In this document: positions 1 through 12,413 of the stretch, piece after piece
Layout of the letters: each line of letters starts with the position of its first letter
Position numbering within the stretch: position 1 is the stretch's first letter
Assembly: GCA_964187785.1 (NCBI GenBank)
Contig: OZ076419.1
Coordinates: 10,416,001 to 10,480,000, forward strand
DNA length: 64,000 nucleotides
From: Amphiscolops sp. MND2022
Taxonomy: Eukaryota
Direction of reading: 5' to 3'
The notes under the pieces: model-generated
Seen by the model: the letters and a program-made list of their open reading frames with translations, nothing else
Told to the model about the DNA's origin: nothing
Databases searched by the model: none
Translations under genes and position numbers: made by a program

Positions 1-174
1 CCATCGATGCCTTCAATGCCGTTCTTTTGGACTTTGGGTACACCCAACAACTCCAAAAATATGACCCGACAACCCATCAAGTCCACCCGCAGCCCAAACA
101 CCCGTTCTGGCCAAAGCACCATACATCAAACAAATCAACTTGATCAACTCTTACTCACCTCCACTTCTTCAAAC

Positions 175-480
175 TCCTGCTTCTCGTTGACTTCACTTTC
201 TCCACTTGCTGCTTCTCGATGACTTCACTTTCTCCAATTGCTGCTTCTCGATGACTTCACTTTCTCCAATTGCTGCTTCTCGATGACTTCACTTTCTCCA
301 ATTGCTGCTTCTCGATGACTTCACTTTCTCCAATTGCTGCTCCTCGATGACTTCACTTTCTCCAATTGCTGCTTCTCGATGACTCCACTTCCTCCATATT
401 CTAGATGACTTCACTTCCTCTAATTGCTGCTTCTACATGACTTCTCTTTTCCCAACTGCTGCTTCTCGACGACTTCATTT
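175..480. repeat. 32-bp minisatellite, ~9 copies, degenerating rightwards
   Basis: Unit GATGACTTCACTTTCTCCAATTGCTGCTTCTC recurs at 186, 218, 250, 282, 314, 346 and 378, then as degenerate copies to ~480. Confidence 0.9.
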
Positions 481-2188
481 TCAAACTTCAAACTTGCATT
501 CGTATTTAATAATTTTTAACAAATCCTTAACCTACATACGCCTATTTAACCTCTCTATAATCTACCATGATCCTAATCATTTAATAATAATCATTGTATA
601 GTTCCTATTACTTTAGTTTAGTTACAATATTTGATGTAAAAATCTATAATCACGTATAATCTTCTAGTCTTCATTAGTGCTTAATGTGTAAAATACAAAA
701 ATTCATCTTATATTACTGAACCTCATCATATATCCTCCAATATTTAACACAATATATTCTTGACTTCTTTCCTTTTTTACAGTACAAGATCTCTCCTTAT
801 TGTACGACTGTTTTACTTTAAGAATTTGAACTGAAAATTTGAAGTTTGATTCCTTTTTGATCGTTCAATATGTCTCTAACTTTGAATGAAAAATGAACTC
901 AACCTTTGCAACTTTTAGACTTCTTCACACTTTGTTCACAACCCGCCAATGTTTGTTCACACCTCATTGACAACTTCAGATATCGTTCTTCAATACCAAA
1001 AAGTTTTCATTTTGAATGCTCATTTGAAGAACACCGAGAAATTTTTTAACAAAGCCGATGGAGCTTTTCACAAACAATATATAAAATAAGTTGTCAATCA
1101 ATAACTCGAACTCCAAATGTCAAATCCATAGATTGACAGAACGTTGCATCAATGTGAACCGTCATATGATTAAGAAGTTCTAACCGTCCTAGGTTGTTCT
1201 CACTCCTTAAGTATGGTAATCCTATATCACATGAAACACCCAACACCTATAATACAAAGAAACATTGAACACCTCTAATGTAAAGTACAAAACCCAAAAC
1301 CTTCAGAATACTTGGATATATTTTTCAAAACCCGGTCGATTGTGACGTCATGATGCATGACATCAAGAATTTTATATTTGCTAAACTTCGTGACCTAATA
1401 GCATGACAGATGTCATTCTAATCAGAAGTTAATACTTCATTATCGAAATGCTAATATTTCATTATAAATGTAATCCCTCCAAACTTCATCCTATAATGAT
1501 TTGAAGTCTATTTAATCTTATTATTGATTGATGTACTAACTAATTCTGTATAATCAGAGTAACTCGAATGTTGTAATCAACCAGTACTCTCATCTTGAAG
1601 AGAAAGTAACTCTGAGATCTCAGTCTAAGTAGTACTCCTCAGTTCAGTGAAAGTATAGCTAGCTAGACGGTACTCTGTTAAGACTTAGTAAAGAACTTCT
1701 TATGCACTTCTTAAATGAAATAACATCTAACATAAGACAAGTCTTAAACAGCTCACTGCAGAAAAATGCAAGCCGGAAAAAATCCAGGCGCTTAGCGTTT
1801 CGTTCTGTTTTGTTTTTTCGCGATTATCAGTATCAGTTGAGTTTTTTTTCATCATCTTCATCATTTTTACTTTTTAGAGTTTTTATTTATGAATTAGTTT
1901 TTGTTCATACTTGTTCCTTGTAGCTACTGATTCCGTTCTTTTGCTGTTCTTCACTTTTTCCAACATCTTTCCTAGTTTTCCATACTCAATTTTTTTCGGC
2001 CATCCTTTGAGGTCTCACTTACATCTCATTCTTGTTCTGCCACACTTGTCTACCAGCTTTTGAGGTTGCCTCTCCACAACTCTTTGAACTAACGTTTTCG
2101 AAATTACTAAGAGGCTCATTCAAAGTTTCATTACTATGTGATGCTTCTGCTGCGAAGCACTTATCTCTCAATCAGTCTCTTTCTTTTT

Positions 2189-2212
2189 CTCTCTCTCTCT
2201 CTCTCTCTCTCT
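2189..2212. repeat. (CT)12 microsatellite
   Basis: Perfect CT run seen directly. Confidence 0.9.
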
Positions 2213-3109
2213 TTCTCCCAGTGAGAGGGCGAGTGTCCTCGTCTAGATCTTCTGTTTTTTTATCCGATTCTCATTGAGAGTAAAATATTGTTTTTGTGAA
2301 GAGAAGAATTTTATTTACGTTCAATAAAGTGAAGAAGTACGAAATTAGGATGTAATTGAGAGATCAAACATTTCACACAGTTAGCAAAATATAGTGCAAG
2401 TTGATGAAGTTTTTCACAGTATGACTTTTAAAGGTTAGAGAAGTTTTATTTTATTTCCAAACAAATTTTGGAAGGAAAGAATTGCAGGATTTTTTCTTGT
2501 AAATTCCCTTTTTGTAGGGTCTATGTTTTGTTGCATGACATCCGTTTTTTTAAAAAAATCACGCTTCCATCATCATTCCGCAAAATTTATAAAAAGAAAC
2601 TACATGGCGTAAAATATCCTGCATTCTGATCGTCTGTTGCACGCATCACACTGTCCGTTCCTCTACTTTCGTTATTGATGGCTTGTTTCAAGGTGCAGTA
2701 TGAGTCATATCTTTTTCAACTATTCACTCTAGCGATATGCCGCACCATGAATGAGTAATCTTGATGAATCAAACTTTTGAAAGTTATATTAGCTATCTCG
2801 AAGAAGTGAAATGTTTCTGCAGTATACCGCCAACTGAGTTTAGCGTTCAACTTAAACATCTAAGTTTTACACACAGTACTACTGCATTGAGACCACGTGA
2901 AAAATTTTCTTTCGCTGTTAACTAAATAGGATGGCCATGTGTAGACTGCAGATGAAAATTATGTTCTCCATGTCTGCGCGTATTGAAAGAAACTATCAAA
3001 TAGAAAGATTGCATGACATAGTTATTAAATTTAATTCATCATTACTGTTACCAAAACATCATATAAATTTTTACATAACCCGAGTTTCAATTTATAAAAC
3101 AAGTTTCAG

Positions 3110-4040
3110 ATACTAAATGCTTTTGAGAAGGTTTGGAGCTCTTTGCCTTCGTTGCTGCTTTCCGGATCCTACGCAAGCTCTAGGCTGCGACAGGGTAGCA
3201 TTCTTGAAGCAAATATCACAGCTTCAAACCTGCCTAGATCTGTCTGCGATCTGATGTTCCAATGCCAGATGGTTCCTCCGGGGTATTCGATAACCGTTGT
3301 AAAGGCAGCCAGGGCATCTAAGGCAACTTCATCGCAGGTCTTACCACACCAGTGGTAGTTCCCTTGAACATTGGAAAAAACTGGTGGACTGTTTTTTCGT
3401 CTACTACTGAAGTTAGTTTGCCCGCGAGCCTGGTTGTCTAATTGGGTTGCATTCTCGTTGACAGGAACTGGGCTATTGTGTGCTCCTTGTGAATCCAGAT
3501 AGAACTGCCCGTTTGAATAATAACAATGAATAACGTCGGCCAGGTCGTTGGGTTGTTGAAAGCTTGCAAGCCCCACTAGGGTATTGATTTACATTCTGCA
3601 TAATCAAGTTTGATTCTTGTGCGAATGTGCATTTGAAGTAGAATACGGGTCCCCAAGAGGGAGGTGTTTGTAATATTCGTCTGTTGCGATTATTATGTTT
3701 TATTCTGTAGTGGAATTTCTTGAGGGATAACAATAGGTGATAGGTGGGTGCTATTGTTACTGGTCTTATTGGAGTGTTCACTAGAGAATAAGTAGGAAAG
3801 TTTTCTGCATTGCCATTAAGAATGGTTTGAATTTGTCTTTAAGATCTCATCGGTGGAACCTCTAGTATAGGTCTCCCATAGTTGTTTCGGGGAACTTTAG
3901 CGAAAAAGGCTTTCCGCAGTAGGTCTTCTTCATTATTTTCACTAGTTTCAAAGAACAAAATTGTTTTGGATAACAATTGTTTTTGAGAGGGTTTGGGGTT
4001 CTTTGTCTTCATTCCTGCTCTCCGGATCCAAAGCAAGTTC
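3110..4040 (-). pseudogene. Degraded reading frame of unknown family
   Basis: ORFs 3839-4036, 3473-3781 and 3169-3576 join through one stop and one frameshift into protein-like text (...HWCGKTCDEVALDALAAFTTVIEYPGGTIWHWNIRSQTDLGRFEAVIFASRMLPC). No family recognised. Confidence 0.4.
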
Positions 4041-4954
4041 TAGCCTGACACAGTTTATATTTAAATTATTCTTGAATTCAAACATTCAATATTTAGAAGA
4101 AAAGGTTTTCCAGCGAAACAGCGATTTTGAAATCAGCGGTTTAGCGATGAGCGAAAAACATTAGCAATGTCAAAATGCCAACTTTGTGAACGAAAGTGAA
4201 GAAAGCATTGGAAAACATATTTCTCCAGGGTGTGATTGCTATCGTGTTTTAATGAAGATGGGATCACTCATTTTCGAAGATGGATCACCGGGATCATTGT
4301 CTTTGAGAAAAACCTTGTTTCTTTTTAACGCTTGGTCTTTTCTCAGCCGGATACTCTGTTGCGTGAGAAAGTAGCAATACCCTTTTTCGCGAATTTAGCT
4401 CTGCATTTACAATCACTGTTGTCTCAACCAAAGTATCTGGGGCTTTCAGTAAGTCTTACGGTGACTGGTAAAATGAAAACTATTGCCGAATTTGTTTTTC
4501 ACTAACCATGCAGTCCTACTTTTGAACACACAAGTGGGAACGTGAAGCTATTGGAAGTTGAGCATAAACAACCTTGAGTGTGAACCGCATGAGAATCACT
4601 GGATTTTGAGCAGCTCACGCGGTTCCTGACGTTGGATAGTCAAAAAGCACACTTTTTTCTAAATTAAAGGACGCTTTTAGGAACACGTCGCGTGTGAATT
4701 TCAAACGTCAAATGTGCCAATATTAAAGTTCTTTTTTTTTCGCCCAGGTCGCCATACAGTAATTAGATCCTAAGCAAGTTGCGAATTTCGAGTTTTTCGT
4801 TACAATGTTCATTGGAGAATTTTATTCAGAGAAAGGGTTTCAAAGCATAGACACACACCGGTCGTGTTTACAAACAGATTTCGTATTAAACTTTTCGCTT
4901 GAACTTTTGAACCTTGAACTGCGTTACGGACAAAGCTCAAACTGTTAAAACAGA

Positions 4955-5700
4955 ATGGCGAATTCCATTGATTCAAAGAAGCCTTCCTTGTCAATTTTAC
5001 CATTTGAAACATTCAAAAAGTTTACGAAAGAAGAAAGTTGTCTTCTTTACGAAGAGTATTACTTCAAATCCCAACAAGACGCCCTCATGAAAGACCTTCT
5101 TTTGGATTTTCTATTGTCAATGAAAGATACTACAAAACTGTTAGTCGAACGTTTTCCTTTGTCGAACGAAAAGCAGAAGCCAAACAAAACAAAATGGACA
5201 ATACGAAACATCAACGAATAAGATACCCGAGAACGTACAAGAACCCTACGCCTTGTCATCTGTTACAAGAAACCTGGTTCTGGGTTCTAGTATTGTTAAA
5301 CGGATAAGCAGGGATATTTTTCCGGAAGATGTCTCAATCCATGCTTACCTTGGGAGCAAAACTGAGGATAAAATTGAAATATTTAAAAAGTACAAGGTTT
5401 CGACACCTCTAGTTTCCCTAGTTTTACAAGATGGAACAAATACAATTTTGAAAGAGAGGGAAAATCAGTTGAACAAATTATCGAAGGGCAACGAAGTCTT
5501 TTACTCTATCGCAACAAATGTTTCGACCTGAGAAAACCTTCGTGTGTGAAGTTCCGCCTCTCAAGTCACGCATCGAAAACTCGGATGGCAATTAAAAGGT
5601 TGATGGGGTGAATTTACACTTAAAAAATTTATGCCATCAATTTCCTTATGTAAAACATGTGCCGTTTTGCAAAGAAATCAAAAAATGCAAGAGGATGAAT
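4955..5700 (+). pseudogene. LINE ORF1 remnant with SGNH esterase domain
   Basis: NLVLGSSIVKRI (block I, GDS-like), IHAYLGSK (block II), LVLQDGTNTI (block III, GxND-like) and VCEVPP, as in the CR1/L2 ORF1 esterase. Split over ORFs 4955-5221 and 5253-5531. Confidence 0.7.
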
Positions 5701-6199
5701 GATCTTTACTTTGACAATATTCATTTTAATTACCATTTGGACTACCTTTTTTGTAATATTAAGAAAAGGTGACTTCTTCCCCATTCCTCCAATATACCGC
5801 GTTATCAACCAGCTCGAAGCAGATTTCTCAGCATGTATACCACCTATGACAACTATATGCCGCGGAGACAACAAACTCGAAGACAATTTCACAGTTACTA
5901 TACGATTTACAACAACTATTGAACTCAATCTGCGTATCGATACCACCCAGAGAACACCTACTTACACATGAAGGGATAAAGTGAAGAATTTCTGAGCTCA
6001 TATGATTAACGCAGTTCTGGAATGACATTCTTCAAATGACATTTCAATCGTTTTGTTTGTTCCTCATTGTGAGTTTCCTCACAGTTTCTGCCCCATTCAG
6101 TAATCTTAACTTGATCTCAACTCACTTCACATATTCGCTATTTTGGTTGAAACATAAAATATTAAGGAACACCTTCATTGTTTTTTGTTCTGTACCACG

Positions 6200-7420
6200 G
6201 AATGAACCAGATAAAAAATTCTGTAAATAATAAAACTCTCATGAAATTAGGCGTTGTGGAAACAAACCCTGAAACTCCATTTGTATACAAAGATCTTGTA
6301 TCAATTTTCAACAAAAATTGAAAAAGTTGAAATTGTTCCACGAAAATTGTCAAAGTCCTATGAAAAAGAAAACTAAAATGCACGAAATCCTAATTGATTA
6401 AGGAACAAAAACTATCTGTGGTTTTCAGAAACCTGGCTGAAAGCCGATGATGTTGAAACATTTTGGAAATTGTGATCCAGAAGCTAGAAAAACTTAGTTT
6501 TGACAATTCAATCTCAATGAATCTCAACCGAAAGTTTGTCTTGAGACAGTTTGCTCAGATTGGTTAAATTTGTATCGAGGTGGTCGCAAGAGACAGTTTT
6601 AGATCCTCTGTTGTTCAATATTTATGTCCGCTCAATGCATCTGCATGTACTAGAACCAGCAAAACTTGTTCAATATGCAGACGACACTTTTATATTCCCT
6701 GCCAATGACGACATAGAAGTCGGATTTAATCAATTAGAAAGAGTCATCAAAAAACAATTGGTATTTTTCCAAAGTCATTAATTCAATTAAAAAGCAACCA
6801 AAACTGAATTTATCATTTTTCAAAAAAAAATCAGAGAGCCAAGAAAAACTATGAAGTAACTGTTTCAAATCAAAAAGTAAGCAAACACAAACACACAAAA
6901 ATATCTTGGAATCCTCTTAGATGAAATTCTCACCTATCAAGTTGAGGTTTAAAAACTTCTCGAGGAAATAGCTTGCGGCATAAAAACTCTGTACTCGATC
7001 AGGATTTTTTTCCTGAGAAGATTAGAAATTCACTTGTCATTGCTCTTGTAGTAAGTCAACTTCAGTACTCATCTGTTTTACTCAATGGAATTGGCAAACA
7101 ATTTGAAGACCACCTTTTGAAGAAAATTAACTGAACCGGGGAATAAAAGCAATTGTCCACAAAAACAAGTTGGTCTCTTCAAGTGATCTGAAAACCGTAC
7201 ACAAAATTTTATTGGTACAATCTTTGTTAGACTGGAAAATGAACTGCTACTTTTGGAACTGTAAAAATCACTTTCTTGCTGCCTATTCTGGGAATGAAAC
7301 GTTTTTACCTATAGGAATAACCAAAAACGAAAGAAATGAAAAACTCGCCCTCAGCCTGAGAGCCAAAATTGACTTCATGAAACTATCGTTTTTCAAAAGA
7401 GCACCTGCGTTTTGAACACC
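6200..7420 (+). pseudogene. LINE ORF2 reverse transcriptase remnant
   Basis: ORF 6551-6781 carries the PQGSVLGPLLF-like and YADD motifs. Downstream frameshifted pieces (KYLGILLD-like) fit the RT thumb region. Confidence 0.8.
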
Positions 7421-7915
7421 GTACCTAGTGAAATAAGAAAACAAGTTGACTACGAGAAATTGAAGAAGGATCGTAAAAGTTATCTCCAGAAATATGCAGC
7501 AGAAGTTGATTAATCCGCAAAAGTATTAAAAAAATGTTGGCGTGAGTTCAGATTCTACTAATCACGCACCTGATACTAGATGTTATTTAATGTCTGTTTG
7601 CTCTTCTTTTTTTAACATTTTCATTTTTTTTAATTCATGTGTACACTTCCCATCTTAAATGGCGTTTTTAATTTTCATTTCATGATGGGAATTTAGTGTT
7701 TTTTTGTGGTCAAGTTACTACGTCAATATTTCAAAAGACCGCAGTACGTGGGTCGGGTGCATCAATACGTTAGATACTGTAAGCACTCTTTGCAAAAATA
7801 GGAGAAATTTATAGTATCTGGAATTATATATAGGCAATTAAGATATAAATAGAAGCAGTGTCAAACTTGTTGGTTTTATGTCCAGTTTGGACAAATATTG
7901 TACCGGTTTCTGCTA

Positions 7916-8615
7916 CCCAGGTTTTCGATTTTTGCGAATCTGTGCAGATCTGCATGATTTTTCTGCAGGGTTCTGCAAAGATCGCTGCACTGAATCTTGA
8001 AGATCCATACAGATCTGCAAGATCTTTACAGAAGTGTGCAGATTTTCTTTAAAGATTTTTGCAGAAATATGTATGTTTTTCTGCAGCTTCTAAGGAACCA
8101 ATGACTGCATTTTTGGACTTCTTTAACTACTTCATTAACTACTTTAGCTGATCAATGCTCAGTCAGTTGATACTCTCGATCACTCAAAATGCTCGAGAAG
8201 AAATTTGTCCCCATCACGGTAGTTATGGTGACTGGAGAATGAGCCGTATTGGTTATACATCGTAATTTATCCATTTCACTTGAACTTTCCAGATGTGGTT
8301 GTTGAACTTTGAGAAGCTCGTTCGCCTCATTGACTTCGTTTTGACGGATGAAATTTGATCTGTACAGATTGCTGCAGAAAAATGTTTCATCAATTAGAAA
8401 TAAATGAGACTTCTCTCGAGTTTCAAACATTTTTATTATTCGTTTGACCTCGTTGTTTGTGTTTGGTTTTTAATGTCTTTCTGATAAGGTCATTTTTCTT
8501 CGAATCTGCACATAGCTGCAAAGATCTGCAAAAATCCTGCAGATCTGCACATATCTGCAAATATCTGCAAAAATCCTGCAGATCTGCACAGATTCGCAAA
8601 GATCGAAAACCTGGG
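7916..8615. mobile_element. Non-autonomous TIR DNA transposon (MITE-like), TA flanks
   Basis: TA|CCCAGGTTTTCGATTTTTGCGAATCTGTGCAGATCTGCA at the left end is the reverse complement of TGCAGATCTGCACAGATTCGCAAAGATCGAAAACCTGGG|TA at the right (~40 bp, 1 mismatch). Multiple subterminal ATCTGCA repeats. Confidence 0.85.
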
Positions 8616-11600
8616 TATAGCACAACCACCAATGGAAAAGACTTGCATCCGGAATTTGAACGAACTATAATCGATGATGTGAGGAGAAAATCAAGAAAAG
8701 ATTTTCCCGACATTTGTTTTGGATATCTAAATACATAAGAGAATGCACTAAAGTTCAGATCCATTTTTCCGTAGCCATATTAGCAGAATATACAAAACAT
8801 ATTGCATTGCTAATGCTCCTCTTGTGCACACCTGTCTACCTCAGTTTTTTTTTTCAGGAATATAAATCAGAGCTAGTGAACGCAGAAACTCTCAACATAA
8901 TCATCGTCAATAAAAATGAAATAAGGGTATGGACTGAAATGTTGACTGTGCTAAGTAGAATTCAGATTGGGAAAGTAACGGAAGATTTGGCCCTGAAAGT
9001 CTCCACAATGTTTAGATTGTAAGACGTACCTAATAGCCACAGAGACATTTTACACAGAGGTGCCATTTTTTTCTTGAAGAGGCTGTCATGGAATATGCAT
9101 GCAAACTAAGAATTAGGTGACCGAGTAGTTTATTTGATTATTTCACTTTAAGTCTTCTGAAATGACCGATATGTGGCAAGTTATATCGCCAATTGCAGAC
9201 CGGAAACTTTTTTTTAAACGATACCGTGATCATATGTGAAGACCAAGCAATGGAATAACACAATTTAGTTGCAAAACTGATGTACGATTCCTTTGAAAAA
9301 ATCGTTGGGGTGCTTCAATGGACTCTATTTTTTCAAAAGCACAAAGTGTTTCAACAAAGCGAGTTGAATCAACTCTCTAGTCGAGATGCAGAAATACAAG
9401 CCGTTGTTCTCGGATAGACGCTATTTCGCTGTTTCATCATGGAAAATCGAACAAGTTGCGGTTGAAAAACATGCATGATTACTCTGTAGTTTCTACAATT
9501 GAAATTGAATTCGAAAACTTGCCGAATTTGTTGAAGACACGATTACCTCCTTCATACTGTTTTTACCTCAAAGCCTATGTAATATACCCATCGATTCTTA
9601 AAAAGCATGTTTAAGATGACAAACGTTAAAAAAATTACAGTGAATGAAGTTAGTTCGCGAAAAAATGCCGGTAAACCTGATAGAATCTGCAAACGCAAAG
9701 GTCAGACATTCAAGTTGATGCTTGGTTAAGAATCTTTAGACCACTTTTCAAAAGACCACTTAGTGTGCGAAGTAAAGCGTAGACCACTTCTCAGCAAAGA
9801 AGAAACCGAAGAAAGAACGTGTGTATGTCTATCCGAATATTTATCTGACAATCTCTCATCGCGAGCGTATTTAATACACAAGCAGAAAAAGTTACTTGAG
9901 TGGGTCTTCAAAAAGCTAGGTACAAAATGAATAACTTTAGATTCTTCATCTCTGTTACCTAATGAAGCGAAGAACCACTGAATGGTTTAATTTTTACTGC
10001 TTTTGGTTGTGGTTTATGACATAGAGCATACCTCTCAACTCTACACTGTCTTGTTTGCGAGCGATTGCGTTATGGGTTATAATGACATTCGAAAACTCTT
10101 TTTGCACCGATATCGAAAATCAGCAAAAGAAATTTGAAAAATTTTTTGACGAGAGAAAATTTTCATTGTGCTCTTTTGCTCAGGTTTTTGTAGTTATTGC
10201 CATCGCTCAAACGAAAGAGAAGATTCCCGGGATTGAAGAATTGAAGATATTAGATACCAAAGTAAAAGATACCAAAATGGCTCAGCGACCAAAAACAACC
10301 AGGCTGAGAGCGAGAGCCCGAACCCAGGTTGATTAGTACAAGGAAGGAAAGTATTGTGATGTTATATTATCGGGGGGTTAGTTTCAGACTGACTTTGATT
10401 CCTATTTTTATTGTTTTATCCGGGGAATGCTACGTAAAACCGACTCTTCAAAATCAAAAAGTCGTTTGATTTAATCTACTAATCTACTGGACGAAAAAAT
10501 GTTTTTTATTCTCTGATTTCGTGATTCCCAAGTTAGTTAATCATTTTGAAGAAAAGTGGGCTTAGCAAATATAAGGTCCCAAAACTTGAATATAAACACC
10601 CATTTAACTCATGGGTGCCTGGTGTACTTGTCTTCAAATAATTAATCCACACTTTTTTTGATATTTTCAGAAGATTGATGTTCCAAGAGGGATATACAGA
10701 ATAGGAACTAACGTCTGAAATTTGATACGCAAATTCGCTAATTTTGCCTGAGATATGAAATTGCGAACTTGGTAAATGACTAAGATCTTATATATTAAAA
10801 AAACAAATATAGACTCACTAATTTCGAAGTTACAAGCCATGCCTCACATTCACCAGCGCCCCGCGCCCGCTCGTGGCCGCCCACAGACATCTTGCTACGC
10901 GAGGTCGAGCAGAAGCAAAGACTTAGCAGGATCTAACATCGAGACGTGATCGTATGGCAGCTGACGTTTGTCAACGCCAAGGGTCAGCGTCTATACAACA
11001 GCAATGCCTTCACTCAAAGTGTTTTTCACATCATCTGAGTGATATTGTTTGAGCTGATTTTATACAGGTATAAATTTATATATAAATAAGTAAAGTAATC
11101 ATATATAAAAGATAAGATCATATAAACTATATAATAAATAGTAATCAGTCATGCTTTCTAGATCGGACATTACGTCTGATTGCCTAGATCGCTTTTCTGC
11201 GACTGATTGCCTAGCTTACTGCTCTCTAGTCGAAGGCATTTGAGAAATTGAAGGGATTTAAATTAAAGATTGAGTTATCAAAAGGATCAATCAAAACGTG
11301 GACTTACTTAATGTCAAGGAACAAAGGTACAAAGCGTCAACTCAATTGTGATGATGCAAAATCAATCACTTTAGCGTGACAAGCCAAACTATCTAGATCA
11401 TGGTTCCAAAAATAGCACCTAGGGTTTTGGGACAGTTCCAACAGGGTGACATCATGATTACGTCACACTGACGTTTTATCACAAAGATGGCTTCGAAGGG
11501 AAATTGGTGGGAAAGGCGGCTCGGACTGCAGGTTCTGAAGTTATATGAAAGCGCTCATCTAAATCTAAATGTATTATTTACATGTTTATATAACTCATAG

Positions 11601-12251
11601 CAACACTTTATGTAGTTAAGATAAGGGCAAACAACAAGTATTGAAATTACACAGTGGCGGACGCTGAGTCCCAGCGGCTACAAATACATATTTGAGCTGC
11701 ATTCGGTTTGGCTGCTTCTAATAGTGACGCCGCTTACATGTATCTTCAGTAATTGTACATTTGAACCCGTTTCCTCTTCTGTATTCAATTGTATGTTATT
11801 CACTTTAAAACAGCTAACTTTACATTTTCGAACAAATGGCTTTTAACACTATCTTGATCAACAGAAATTCATCGATAAAACAGGCACAGAATGGTTAAAA
11901 TGCAAAGCAATGGTTTAAATAAGCACAGGAACACTCAATAAAAAGATGAAAAGCGAAAAGTTTGATATAGCTGTATCGACCTAAGGTCTTTTATGGTTCA
12001 AATAGGCAAAACCCCAGGCGCAGGGTTTGTTAGACTGCCCTGACCGGGGATTTGATATATAATTCATAATTTATATATAATTGTATTTGCGTGTCAGAAC
12101 CCAGGATTCCGGGCATATGCTAAAATTTTTGAAACTTCGTAGTTAAAACATTTTCGTGAGCTTTGAACTTAGATCTGTGGCGTCAATGCCAAATAACCGT
12201 CCCTTGCAAACTTTGTTATAAATGTTTTTCATGCACCACTCTCTGTTCGAG

Positions 12252-12413
12252 GTCAGCAGAATCGAGATGGAATGACGAACCAGCCAGTTGACGTGAAATG
12301 TCACACGAACACCATAGCTCTTTACAGTGCTTACTTCGACTCAATTTTCATGGAAGCGAAAAAAATCGACAGGGAAAGCGGACAAAGAAAAGTTGAGGAA
12401 ACTGTCTATGCAA
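12252..12413 (+). CDS. BTB-BACK gene exon (BTB N-terminal half)
   Basis: KCHTNTIALYSAYFDSIF resembles the BTB H..VL...S.YF..MF motif. Donor GTTAGT at 12414 (phase 1). The acceptor position is uncertain because the frame is open from 12197. Confidence 0.7.

Larger units (their letters stand above)
4900..7600 (+). mobile_element. Degraded, internally deleted non-LTR retrotransposon (CR1/L2-group LINE)
   Basis: ORF1 with esterase motifs is followed by a short endonuclease-like remnant (~5780-5870) and RT motifs (SQETVLDPLLFNIYV, LVQYADDT, TKTEFIIF). Many stops and frameshifts; ends are approximate. Confidence 0.8.

Noticed and set aside
175-480. 32-bp repeat as a CRISPR array or as coding repeat (- strand reads EKQQLEKVKS)
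   Set aside because: No spacers, eukaryotic context, and 32 is not a multiple of 3, so successive copies run into TGA.
1700-2290. Charged coiled-coil-like exon on the - strand
   Set aside because: The appearance is largely due to the GA microsatellite and purine-rich low complexity; stops occur in all frames.
8423-8764. ORFs with repeated LQICADLQ text
   Set aside because: Artefact of the ATCTGCA subterminal repeats.
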